From assembly GCA_020853515.1 (NCBI GenBank), contig JADYYU010000133.1:1-24542 (forward strand): a stretch of DNA of 24,542 bases. Reading direction: 5' to 3'. The notes below the pieces were generated by a model that was given only the letters and a program-made list of their open reading frames with translations, was not told the DNA's origin and did no database searches. Of this stretch, positions 7,619 through 16,080 are shown in pieces. The translations under genes and the position numbers were made by a program. The DNA comes from Chitinophagaceae bacterium (lineage in GTDB: Bacteria > Bacteroidota > Bacteroidia > Chitinophagales > Chitinophagaceae). Positions within the stretch are counted from its first letter, which is position 1. Each line of letters starts with the position of its first letter.

Positions 7619-8593
7619 ATGATTTTAGTCACAGGTGCTTCGGGTTTGCTGGGTTTACATTTAATAAAAAAATTAAGTTTGCAGCAGCAGCCTATCCGGG
7701 CCTTGTATAACAGTAACAAACCGCTACTGCTGCCCGGTACCCATGCTGATCACATCGAATGGGTACAAGGGGACGTATTGGATATTACACAACTGGAAGG
7801 CTGCTTTGAAAATATTACACAAGTGTATCATTGCGCGGCTGTAGTTAGCTACGACCAACGGCTGCATGATACAATGATGGAGATCAATATAGAGGGTACC
7901 GCGAATATTGTCAATTTATGTATTGAAAAAAAGATTCAAAAGTTGTTGTTTGTAAGTTCTATCGCGGCACTTGGCAAGGAAGATCCGAATACGTTCATAA
8001 CAGAAAAGACCGTCTGGAACACCACTGAATATTCGCTGAGTCAGTATGCAATTAGTAAGCAAAAAGCTGAAATGGAAGTATGGCGGGGAATTGCCGAAGG
8101 GCTGCCTGCAGTAATTGTCAATCCGGGTGTCATACTGGGTGAAGGTGATCATGCAAAATCAAGTACGAATCTGTTTAAGATTGTTTACGATCAATTTCCT
8201 TATTATACGGCCGGGGCCACCGCCTGGGTTGACGTACTGGATGTGGTAGAAGCGATGACAATGCTCATGAACAGTGAAGTACACAGTGAGCGCTATATTT
8301 TAAGCGCAGGTAATTTTTGCTTTAAAGAGATTTTTGATATGATGGCCAGGGCTATGAAAAAGAAGCCACCCTCAAAATTTGCACCGCTTTGGCTCACCGG
8401 CATTGTGTGGCGTCTGAGTTATTTGAAATCAGTATTGACGGGCCGCACCGCCACCATCACAAAAGAAACGGCCCGACATGCCCATGAGATCAACCGCTAT
8501 GATAACACAAAATTTTTGAAGCAGTTTCCGGCATTTTATTATCGCGATATGTCACATACGATCAGTCGGGTGGCTGCTGCCCTTTATCCCTAA
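7619..8593 (+). CDS. NAD-dependent epimerase/dehydratase family protein (extended SDR)
   Basis: ILVTGASGLLG Rossmann motif, VYHCAA, NIEGTANIV, VSSIAALG, the YAISK (YxxxK) catalytic motif and VIVNPGVILG. Confidence 0.93.
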   Translation: MILVTGASGLLGLHLIKKLSLQQQPIRALYNSNKPLLLPGTHADHIEWVQGDVLDITQLEGCFENITQVYHCAAVVSYDQRLHDTMMEINIEGTANIVNLCIEKKIQKLLFVSSIAALGKEDPNTFITEKTVWNTTEYSLSQYAISKQKAEMEVWRGIAEGLPAVIVNPGVILGEGDHAKSSTNLFKIVYDQFPYYTAGATAWVDVLDVVEAMTMLMNSEVHSERYILSAGNFCFKEIFDMMARAMKKKPPSKFAPLWLTGIVWRLSYLKSVLTGRTATITKETARHAHEINRYDNTKFLKQFPAFYYRDMSHTISRVAAALYP

Positions 8594-8616
8594 GGTTGCT
8601 TGCGAGCGGATAAAAG

Positions 8617-10578
8617 CTACTGTTCTTCCTGAGTCGACTGACGTTTTTTTACTTTAGCAGTTTCTTTTTCAAGTTCCTCTTTATAGTCGGTCAGTATAAT
8701 GGTCAGTTGTTCGTTTTTCTGCTTATCAATCTCTTCTTCTTTCTTTGTCATATCGCTCATTTCTGCTTTCCAAAGGCCGTCACTTTTCTGCAAAAAATCG
8801 AGTATATTATTTTGCTTTATATATATTGCCTGCATTGAATTCAAATGCTGAATTTCACCTTTCAGAAAATTGAGCAGACTTAAATTGTTATTGATGTATC
8901 CGCGTATGGCATCTTTATACTCAACAGCATTGCTATGGTAGCTGCCACTGAGGTCATCCTGCCCGTTCATTTTTTTAAGGTTTGCGATGTCTTTGGCATT
9001 TTTTCTGCCTGCATCGATCAGGTAGAGGTAGTTTTTTCTGATCGACTCATAAAATGCAAGTACCGTATCGTAGTGCTCGAAATAGTTTTGCTGTAAGCGG
9101 TCGAGCTTGTCTGTTTTATAAAAGCTGATGGCGGAATTTTTCATTTTTGTACTGTCATACACACCGCTTTGCTGAATGTTGTGCGGCGTCGCTTCCTGAT
9201 AAAATGCATTTTCTGTCAGCTTTTCGTACAATTGCATCGAATCGGGCAGACTGCTGATTGTTTCATTTTCTGCAGCGATCCGGTTTTTGAATTCACTGAT
9301 CTCATCTTTCAAGGCCAAACTTTTATTTTGTCTGAATGCCAGGGAGTCCTTCAGCTTCAGCACTTCGGGATCTGTTGCCGCCTTCGCAAGTGTCAACGAT
9401 TTTATGTCGGCATAATCTGCGGGGTTCAGCTCATCCGCGCGTTCTGATTTGGAATCGGAATCGGCTTTCATCGCATTTATCTTATTTTCTGCACTGCGGG
9501 TTCTGCTATTAATTAGCGCGATCATTTTATTGTTGGTGCCACCAAATATCAGTTTGTAATTGGCTAAGTCTGTGCGAACTGCATTGCCCGGAGCGCGGCG
9601 CAGTGTATATTCATCACGGGTCATTTTTTTTTGTTCCGCTATCATGGTCCGTGCGCTATCCAGTTCAGCATTTCCAAGTTTCTGCATAGCGAAAGCCTCT
9701 GACTGATCCGCGCTTTTTTTTATCTCATTGATCTGTTTTTTCGCTAACGCAAGATGCCGCAGCGCTTTCCACTCTGTAAAGCGCGGATTAAATTCATACA
9801 CTCGTTCGGCTGATTCCACGATATATCCTTCCTCCGTCAACTGATACAGTTCACCTAAGGTAATCGGAAACTGTTGAAGACCGCTGTACTTTTCATTAAA
9901 TGCACGGATATCCTCATCCCCTTTTTCAAAAACAGCCAAGGGCATTACCGTGTCGGTAAGTTGCCACAATGGATCGGCCGGAATTCTGCTGAGCCTGACT
10001 TCTTCAGGGTGCTGAAATAAACAGGCCGGGTTATATTTAAATTGAAAACTCTGTATGACGGCACTACCTGCTTTTTTAGTTTCGCTGAATACGGCACTGA
10101 CATAGCCGGCGCCATGCCAGGCATCCAATAGTAGCCAGTTGTTGTTGATCAGTACGGCATTCCACGTATGATTGGGTTTAAAGAACTTTGCACTTGCGGC
10201 ACTGTTGTCTTTGTCGTAACCGGCAATTACCATACACTTAACTCCAATTAAGGTGCAAAGTTCTTTTATCAGTTCAGCGTATTGGCGGGCTGTGGCTTTT
10301 TGTGTTTTAAGTATTGATTCAGCATTTTTATCCCCTGACTTTGCCTGTGATTCAACACCCGTCAGATCCCATTCAATATGATGGGTTACCCAGTGAAAAA
10401 TATTGGCAACACGCTGCGAATCAGTGCTTGTTTGCTGCGAAGCCAGTTCAGCAATGCTGTTTAAATTGATACTGCCTGCACCCTTTGTTTTGAGGGTGTC
10501 CTTTTCGGAGGCCCGGCTTTGAATGTTTGCACAGCAAAATAGTAAAGCAGTGATTATGCAGAGGGATGTGCTTTTCAT
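8617..10578 (-). CDS. Secreted transglutaminase-like domain protein with long helical/coiled-coil C-terminus (653 aa)
   Basis: Signal peptide. IFHWVTHHIEWD, QYAELIKELC..IGVKCMVIAGY, HTWNAV and WLLLDAW match the CYK3/KY-type transglutaminase-like fold. The remaining ~400 aa are rich in K/E/A/L and helical. Confidence 0.88.
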   Translation of the reverse strand: MKSTSLCIITALLFCCANIQSRASEKDTLKTKGAGSINLNSIAELASQQTSTDSQRVANIFHWVTHHIEWDLTGVESQAKSGDKNAESILKTQKATARQYAELIKELCTLIGVKCMVIAGYDKDNSAASAKFFKPNHTWNAVLINNNWLLLDAWHGAGYVSAVFSETKKAGSAVIQSFQFKYNPACLFQHPEEVRLSRIPADPLWQLTDTVMPLAVFEKGDEDIRAFNEKYSGLQQFPITLGELYQLTEEGYIVESAERVYEFNPRFTEWKALRHLALAKKQINEIKKSADQSEAFAMQKLGNAELDSARTMIAEQKKMTRDEYTLRRAPGNAVRTDLANYKLIFGGTNNKMIALINSRTRSAENKINAMKADSDSKSERADELNPADYADIKSLTLAKAATDPEVLKLKDSLAFRQNKSLALKDEISEFKNRIAAENETISSLPDSMQLYEKLTENAFYQEATPHNIQQSGVYDSTKMKNSAISFYKTDKLDRLQQNYFEHYDTVLAFYESIRKNYLYLIDAGRKNAKDIANLKKMNGQDDLSGSYHSNAVEYKDAIRGYINNNLSLLNFLKGEIQHLNSMQAIYIKQNNILDFLQKSDGLWKAEMSDMTKKEEEIDKQKNEQLTIILTDYKEELEKETAKVKKRQSTQEEQ

Positions 10579-10626
10579 ATTTATATTGCAAAGAAAATAA
10601 ATAATCTACACAATGCCGGACGTAAT

Positions 10627-11067
10627 CTACTGTTTAAAAGTTTTGAGTTCGGTTAAATGCCCTTTGTAAGTTGTTTTATAGCCAGATGAATCGGTGCAAA
10701 CCAAGGAAATTAACTTGCCGGCAGCATCGGTTTTGATGGTATATTTATAGGTGAGACCTGATATACCTGATAGTGCTGAAAACTGCATGATGGTTGTAGT
10801 GCCGTCCATATAGCGGTTAATGGCGCTCAGTTGATAGATCTGCGAAACATCGAGCAGGCCGTCACGGTAAATATTATGTGCAAGAATAAGGTCCTTGAAC
10901 GAAATATTATACAACTGGTCGCAGGCATCACTTTTTGCTTCACCGTTATCTACATACAAAGTAGAGGTAGCCTGCACCGTAATGCCGCCTATATTTAAGT
11001 ATTGAGCCTGGGTGCTATAAGCACTGCAATACAAAACAAGGATAAGAATAAATGATTTTAATTGCAT
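10627..11067 (-). CDS. Hypothetical secreted protein (146 aa)
   Basis: Signal peptide ending STQA-Q, beta-strand-rich mature part with two Cys. It fills the gap with no competing ORF. Confidence 0.8.
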   Translation of the reverse strand: MQLKSFILILVLYCSAYSTQAQYLNIGGITVQATSTLYVDNGEAKSDACDQLYNISFKDLILAHNIYRDGLLDVSQIYQLSAINRYMDGTTTIMQFSALSGISGLTYKYTIKTDAAGKLISLVCTDSSGYKTTYKGHLTELKTFKQ

Positions 11068-11178
11068 GATCGGGAGTTTAAATTGTTTAAGAAAAGAAAG
11101 TGGATGTAAAAATACAACGTTTGGCTGGCGCTGTCAATACCGCGAAGACGGTAGATTTTATAGCGTCGAAAAATTAAG

Positions 11179-11231
11179 TTAAACAAATGATTAAAAAAAG
11201 TGTTTAAATCAAAAGATTGATTTTACATTTG
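11179..11231 (+). promoter_or_regulatory. tetR promoter (-7 element at 11224-11231) with two palindromic operator candidates
   Basis: TACATTTG(CA) is an exact TAnnTTTG. Palindromes TTAAaCAaaTGaTTAA (11179-11194) and AAATCAA-aaga-TTGATTT (11206-11223) lie immediately upstream. Confidence 0.6.
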
Positions 11232-11246
11232 CAACCACAAAACGAT

Positions 11247-11867
11247 ATGCCAAAGAAATTAAACAAGGACGCATCCACGGAGGAAAAAATCAAGCAGGCA
11301 GCCAAACGCCTATTTACACAGAAAGGATTTGCCGAAACCAAAACCCGGGAAATTGCTGAGGAATCGGGAATCAATCTGGCCTTGCTGAACTATTATTTTC
11401 GCAGCAAACAGGGCCTGTATAATATCATCATGAAAGAAAATATGGCCTCTTTTAAGCAGGGCCTCGCTGAGCTGTTTGGGGATACACAACTGGATGTATA
11501 TCAGAAAATTGAAAAGCTGGCGCATTATTATATCGACGAGTTTATTACCAATCCTGATCTGCCGATGTTTATAGTCAATACGATCTATATGGCGGGCAAC
11601 GACAGCACTATTTTAGAGGAGGATGAAACTTCGGCTTCAAGAAAAATATTTGTGAATCAAATTAAAGAACTGGTGGCACAACGAAAGATCAAGCCCATTC
11701 ATCCGGCACATATCCTGTCGAATATGATGGGACTGATCATTTTTCCCTTTGTAATAGGTCCTCTTTTAAAAAAACGCGCCAATATCAATGATAAAGCCTT
11801 TGTGGAAATGATGAAGGAACGAAAAAAACTGATACCTGTATGGATCAAATCGATGCTGGAAAATTAA
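11247..11867 (+). CDS. TetR/AcrR family transcriptional regulator
   Basis: TEEKIKQAAKRLFTQKGFAETKTREIAEESGINLALLNYYFRSK is the TetR helix-turn-helix. The ATG at 11247 is preferred because the TTG at 11217 lies upstream of the -7 element. Confidence 0.95.
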   Translation: MPKKLNKDASTEEKIKQAAKRLFTQKGFAETKTREIAEESGINLALLNYYFRSKQGLYNIIMKENMASFKQGLAELFGDTQLDVYQKIEKLAHYYIDEFITNPDLPMFIVNTIYMAGNDSTILEEDETSASRKIFVNQIKELVAQRKIKPIHPAHILSNMMGLIIFPFVIGPLLKKRANINDKAFVEMMKERKKLIPVWIKSMLEN

Positions 11868-12009
11868 TTGTTAGGGCATCTGGGCAATAATATGACCGGT
11901 GGAAAAAAGTATTATAAGGCAAAAGAAATGGTTCGCTAAATGCCGCCGGCCACTATGTAAAATCGGACTGTAAAAAATGAGAAAAGCATACATACAAATG
12001 ATAAGATTC

Positions 12010-13269
12010 ATGAATAAAATTTACCTCACTGGTCTGTTGCTGCTGACCTGCTTCGGATGCTACGCGCAGCATACACTCAACCTGGAAGAATGCTATGAAC
12101 TGGCTGCGCAGAATTTTCCGGTTATACGACAGAAGCAGTTAATTGCGCAATCTGCCGATTACACGATTTCAAATATAAACAAAGGTATTTTGCCGCAACT
12201 GAGCCTCAACGGACAGGCAACCTATCAGTCGGAAGTCACCAGCATAGCAGTGAATATTCCGGGCGTAAAGTTTGATGCACCTTCAAAAGATCAGTACAAA
12301 ATATATGCCGATATCAGTCAGCCGGTCACCGAATTATTTACCGTAAAAAATCAGAAGGAACTGGCAGAGAAGAATGCTGAAATATCGTCCCGTAATATTG
12401 ACGTGGAAATTTTTAAGTTGCGCGACCGTATTAATCAGCTTTACTTTGGAGTGCTGCTGGTAGACGAACAAATGAAATTAAACGGACTGGTAGAAAGCGA
12501 TCTGGATGCCGGTAAAAAGCGTGTGGATGCAGCCATCAGAAATGGGGTTGATTATAAAAGCAGTCTCGATAAAATTAAAGCAGAGATGATCAAAAATAAT
12601 CAGCGTGCGATTGAGTTGCGCGCACAGCGAAAAGCCTATACTGACATGCTGGGTTATTTTTTGAATCAAACGGTTGACGAAAGTACACGCTTTACGATGC
12701 CTGCTGCGCAAACAATCAACAACATCAACAACAGACCTGAACTGAAAGTGTTTGAAAATAAAAACGCCAGTTATCTGATACAACATCGAATGATTAATAA
12801 TAAAAATCTGCCCCGTTTTAGTCTGTTTGTGCAAACCGGTGCGGGCAAGCCTTCCCCATTAAACATGATCTCCAATTCATTTAGCCCATATTATATCGGA
12901 GGTGTCAGAGTCAGTTGGTCTGTGATGGGATTATACACCATGAAGAATGAGAAATCATTATTACTGTTAGATAAACAGGCAAATGATATTCAAAAAGACA
13001 TTTTTTTATTTAATGCCGGCATCACAAGCAGACAGCAAAGTAATGAGATCGTAAGGCTGAATGAGCTGATACAAACCGATGATGAACTGGTGAGTCTGAG
13101 AACATCGGTCAAAACAACTTCGGGAATTCAACTTGAAAATGGCATTATAACCACCAGCGATTTCATCCGCGAAGTGAATGCAGAAGATCAGGCCCGTCAA
13201 ACAAAATTATTACATGCTATTCAATTACTGATGGCGCAGTATAACTTACAAAACACCTTAGGGAATTAA
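12010..13269 (+). CDS. TolC family outer membrane efflux protein
   Basis: Signal peptide MNKIYLTGLLLLTCFGCYA (alternative ATGs at 11977 and 11998). LNLEECYELAAQNFP, LPQLSLNGQATYQS and ENGIITTSDFIREV match the OEP repeat pattern, and the operon context fits. Confidence 0.92.
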   Translation: MNKIYLTGLLLLTCFGCYAQHTLNLEECYELAAQNFPVIRQKQLIAQSADYTISNINKGILPQLSLNGQATYQSEVTSIAVNIPGVKFDAPSKDQYKIYADISQPVTELFTVKNQKELAEKNAEISSRNIDVEIFKLRDRINQLYFGVLLVDEQMKLNGLVESDLDAGKKRVDAAIRNGVDYKSSLDKIKAEMIKNNQRAIELRAQRKAYTDMLGYFLNQTVDESTRFTMPAAQTINNINNRPELKVFENKNASYLIQHRMINNKNLPRFSLFVQTGAGKPSPLNMISNSFSPYYIGGVRVSWSVMGLYTMKNEKSLLLLDKQANDIQKDIFLFNAGITSRQQSNEIVRLNELIQTDDELVSLRTSVKTTSGIQLENGIITTSDFIREVNAEDQARQTKLLHAIQLLMAQYNLQNTLGN

Positions 13270-13289
13270 AAAACATAAAGAAAAACATC

Positions 13290-14225
13290 ATGAAACAAAA
13301 ACTGATACTACTACTGGCAGCTTGCACCTTGTTTTTTTCTGCCTGCCGAAATAAATTTACCTCTGATGCCTCAGGTACCTTCGAAACAGAAGAAGTCATT
13401 GTGTCTGCTGAGCAAACGGGCAAAATACTTTTACTGACCATAAACGAAGGCGATCAAATTGAGAAAGAAGCGCATATAGGGCAGATCGATGTGACGAACG
13501 ACAAACTGAAAGCGGAACAGATCGAAGCCAGTATTCAGGCCTTGCAGCAGAAAACCAGCAATCCGGATGAACAGATCGATCTGATTAAACGTCAACTGAA
13601 TGTACAGCAATCGCAAATGAACCAATTGCATAAAGAACGCGACCTTATCAGCATTCTGTTAAAAGCTGATGCAGCTACGCAAAAGCAACTGGACGATATC
13701 AATGCCTCGATTGATCAGCTTGGCAAGCAAACGGAGGTAACCCGTCAGCAACTGAATGTCAATGTAACTAATATCAATACCCAAAACAGAAGTATTTTGA
13801 GTGAACGTTCGCCGCTTGAAAAGAATGTGGCGCAGATCAAAAATCAGATCAGTAAAGGTGAGATCATCAGTCCCATGAAAGGAACCGTATTGACCAAATA
13901 TGCTTATGAAGGTGAAATGACGGCTGCCGGCAAGGCACTGTTTAAAATGGCCAATCTCGAAAACATGAACCTGAAAGCTTATGTCAGCGGAATACAACTG
14001 GCACAGATCAAAATCGGGCAGACCGTTAAAGTACTCATCGACGAAGGGAAAAAAGATTTTAAAACTTACCCCGGCACCATTACCTGGATAGCGTCAAAAT
14101 CAGAATTTACACCCAAAACCATTCAGACAAAAGACGAGCGTGCCAACCTTGTCTATGCCATAAAAGTAAAAGTGAAGAATGACGGATATCTGAAAATTGG
14201 GATGTACGGAGAAGTGAAATTTTAA
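13290..14225 (+). CDS. HlyD family efflux periplasmic adaptor (lipoprotein)
   Basis: Lipobox FSA-C19, DASGTFETEEVIVSAEQTGKI, a coiled-coil hairpin, IISPMKGTVL and FTPKTIQTKDERANLVYAIKV...GYLKIGMYGEV (YbhG-like). Confidence 0.94.
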   Translation: MKQKLILLLAACTLFFSACRNKFTSDASGTFETEEVIVSAEQTGKILLLTINEGDQIEKEAHIGQIDVTNDKLKAEQIEASIQALQQKTSNPDEQIDLIKRQLNVQQSQMNQLHKERDLISILLKADAATQKQLDDINASIDQLGKQTEVTRQQLNVNVTNINTQNRSILSERSPLEKNVAQIKNQISKGEIISPMKGTVLTKYAYEGEMTAAGKALFKMANLENMNLKAYVSGIQLAQIKIGQTVKVLIDEGKKDFKTYPGTITWIASKSEFTPKTIQTKDERANLVYAIKVKVKNDGYLKIGMYGEVKF

Positions 14226-14318
14226 ATATAAATGGAGAATGCAATTTCAACATAGTGAGCCGTTTGCTGTGCGGTCAAGCGGATAGTTTTCAGCGGCAGG
14301 TATTCTCAAATAACAGGC

Positions 14319-15227
14319 ATGATCAAAGTAAGCAACATAGTAAAAACATACAATAAAGGCAGCGTGCAGGCCGTTAACGACATTTCATTTGAAGTGAAGC
14401 GCGGTGAATTGTTTGGACTGATCGGGCCTGACGGCGCGGGTAAGTCATCTATTTTCAGAATACTCACCACTTTGTTACTTGCCGACAGCGGTACAGCTAC
14501 CGTCAACGGGTTTGACGTAGTCAATCAGTTTCAGTCGATCCGTAATTGTATCGGTTATATGCCAGGTCGTTTTTCACTTTATCAGGATCTAACCATTGAA
14601 GAAAATCTGGAATTTTTTGCCACGGTTTTTGATACTACCATTGAAGAAAATTATGATCTGATCAGGGATATTTACGTTCAGATCGAACCTTTTAAAGATC
14701 GTCGGGCCGGCAAATTGAGCGGCGGTATGAAGCAAAAACTGGCATTATGCTGTGCGCTGATCCATAAACCGGAAGTCCTTTTTCTGGATGAGCCCACCAC
14801 CGGGGTAGATGTCGTGTCGAGAAGAGAGTTTTGGGAAATGCTGAAGAAATTAAAGCAACAGGGACTCACCATCGTAGTCAGTACGCCCTATATGGATGAA
14901 GCCAGTCTCTGCGATCGCATAGCCTTGATGCAGGGCGGCCATATTCTGTCTATCGACACACCTCAGAACATCATCGCCTCTTATCAAAAAACATTGTATG
15001 CAGTGGCTGCCCCAAACATGTATAAAGTGCTGACAGCGATGCGAAGTTACGAACAGACGGAGAGTTGTTTTGCATTTGGCGACTGCTTGCATCTGACATT
15101 AAAAGGAGACAGTACGATTGATGATGTCAGCAAGTATATCACTGCCCTGAATTTTACGGATGTACAAATACAAGAGATCGTTCCGGATATTGAAGATTGT
15201 TTTATTAAACTACTAAAAGAAAATTAA
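14319..15227 (+). CDS. ABC transporter ATP-binding protein (first NBD, with C-terminal extension)
   Basis: Walker A GPDGAGKS, signature LSGGMKQ, Walker B LFLDEPT. The Q-loop and H-loop are non-canonical. Confidence 0.95.
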   Translation: MIKVSNIVKTYNKGSVQAVNDISFEVKRGELFGLIGPDGAGKSSIFRILTTLLLADSGTATVNGFDVVNQFQSIRNCIGYMPGRFSLYQDLTIEENLEFFATVFDTTIEENYDLIRDIYVQIEPFKDRRAGKLSGGMKQKLALCCALIHKPEVLFLDEPTTGVDVVSRREFWEMLKKLKQQGLTIVVSTPYMDEASLCDRIALMQGGHILSIDTPQNIIASYQKTLYAVAAPNMYKVLTAMRSYEQTESCFAFGDCLHLTLKGDSTIDDVSKYITALNFTDVQIQEIVPDIEDCFIKLLKEN

Positions 15228-15228
15228 G

Positions 15229-15969
15229 ATGGAAGCGGTCATTAAAACGGAGCATCTCACTAAAAAGTTTGGCACTTTTGTAGCCTGCAGTGATCTTACA
15301 TTTGAAGTGCAGAAGGGTGAGATCTTTGGCTTTCTGGGAGCCAATGGTGCCGGCAAAACAACGGCCATGCGGATGCTATGCGGCCTATCCCTGCCAAGTT
15401 CGGGACAGGCCACCATCGCCGGTTTTGATGTATATAAACAAACAGAGCAGATCAAAAAAAATATCGGGTACATGAGTCAGAAATTTTCGTTGTACGAAGA
15501 TCTGACCGTCGCAGAAAATATTCGTTTTTATGCAGGTATTTACGGACTGAGTATTCGTGACATTAAAGATAAAACAGCAGAGTTGTTAGATAAATTAGGA
15601 ATGCAGGCTGAAGCCAAAAAGCTGGTTGGACAACTGCCCCTCGGGTGGAAGCAAAAGCTGGCTTTTTCGGTTTCGCTGGCTCATAGTCCAAAGATCGTAT
15701 TTCTCGATGAACCAACAGGTGGAGTAGATCCTGTAACACGACGGCAGTTTTGGGACCTCATCTATTACGCTGCCGATGCCGGAGTAACGGTTTTTGTAAC
15801 CACTCACTACATGGATGAAGCAGAATATTGCAATCGGGTTTCCATCATGGTTGATGGCGTGATTGAAGCGCTGGACAGTCCCAAAAATCTCAAGCAGCAA
15901 TATGAAGCCAAAACGATGGAGGACGTATTTTATAAACTGGCCCGGAAGGCAAAGAGGGCTGAAATTTAA
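15229..15969 (+). CDS. ABC transporter ATP-binding protein (second NBD)
   Basis: Walker A GANGAGKT, Q-loop GYMSQKF, signature variant LPLGWKQ, Walker B VFLDEPT, H-loop TTHY. It starts 1 bp after the previous stop. Confidence 0.95.
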   Translation: MEAVIKTEHLTKKFGTFVACSDLTFEVQKGEIFGFLGANGAGKTTAMRMLCGLSLPSSGQATIAGFDVYKQTEQIKKNIGYMSQKFSLYEDLTVAENIRFYAGIYGLSIRDIKDKTAELLDKLGMQAEAKKLVGQLPLGWKQKLAFSVSLAHSPKIVFLDEPTGGVDPVTRRQFWDLIYYAADAGVTVFVTTHYMDEAEYCNRVSIMVDGVIEALDSPKNLKQQYEAKTMEDVFYKLARKAKRAEI

Positions 15970-16080
15970 TGCTTGAACAAACGAGCTGAGTCCGATATAA
16001 ATACAGAAGCGAATGAGTATAAAACAAGCCAATGATTAGACTAATAGCCATTATTATCGAAACCTTCAAAGAAAAACTGA

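Noticed and set aside
5181-11067. 18/20 nt identity between the first codons of two secreted-protein genes (5181-5200 and 11048-11067; MKFKSFIL vs MQLKSFIL)
   Set aside because: The match is short, AT-rich and constrained by signal-peptide composition, and the similarity does not extend into the mature proteins.
11217-11246. TTG start at 11217 for tetR, and similarly TTG at 1970 for the TonB protein
   Set aside because: The first lies upstream of the -7 promoter box and the second overlaps the upstream gene. Downstream ATGs give normal N-termini.
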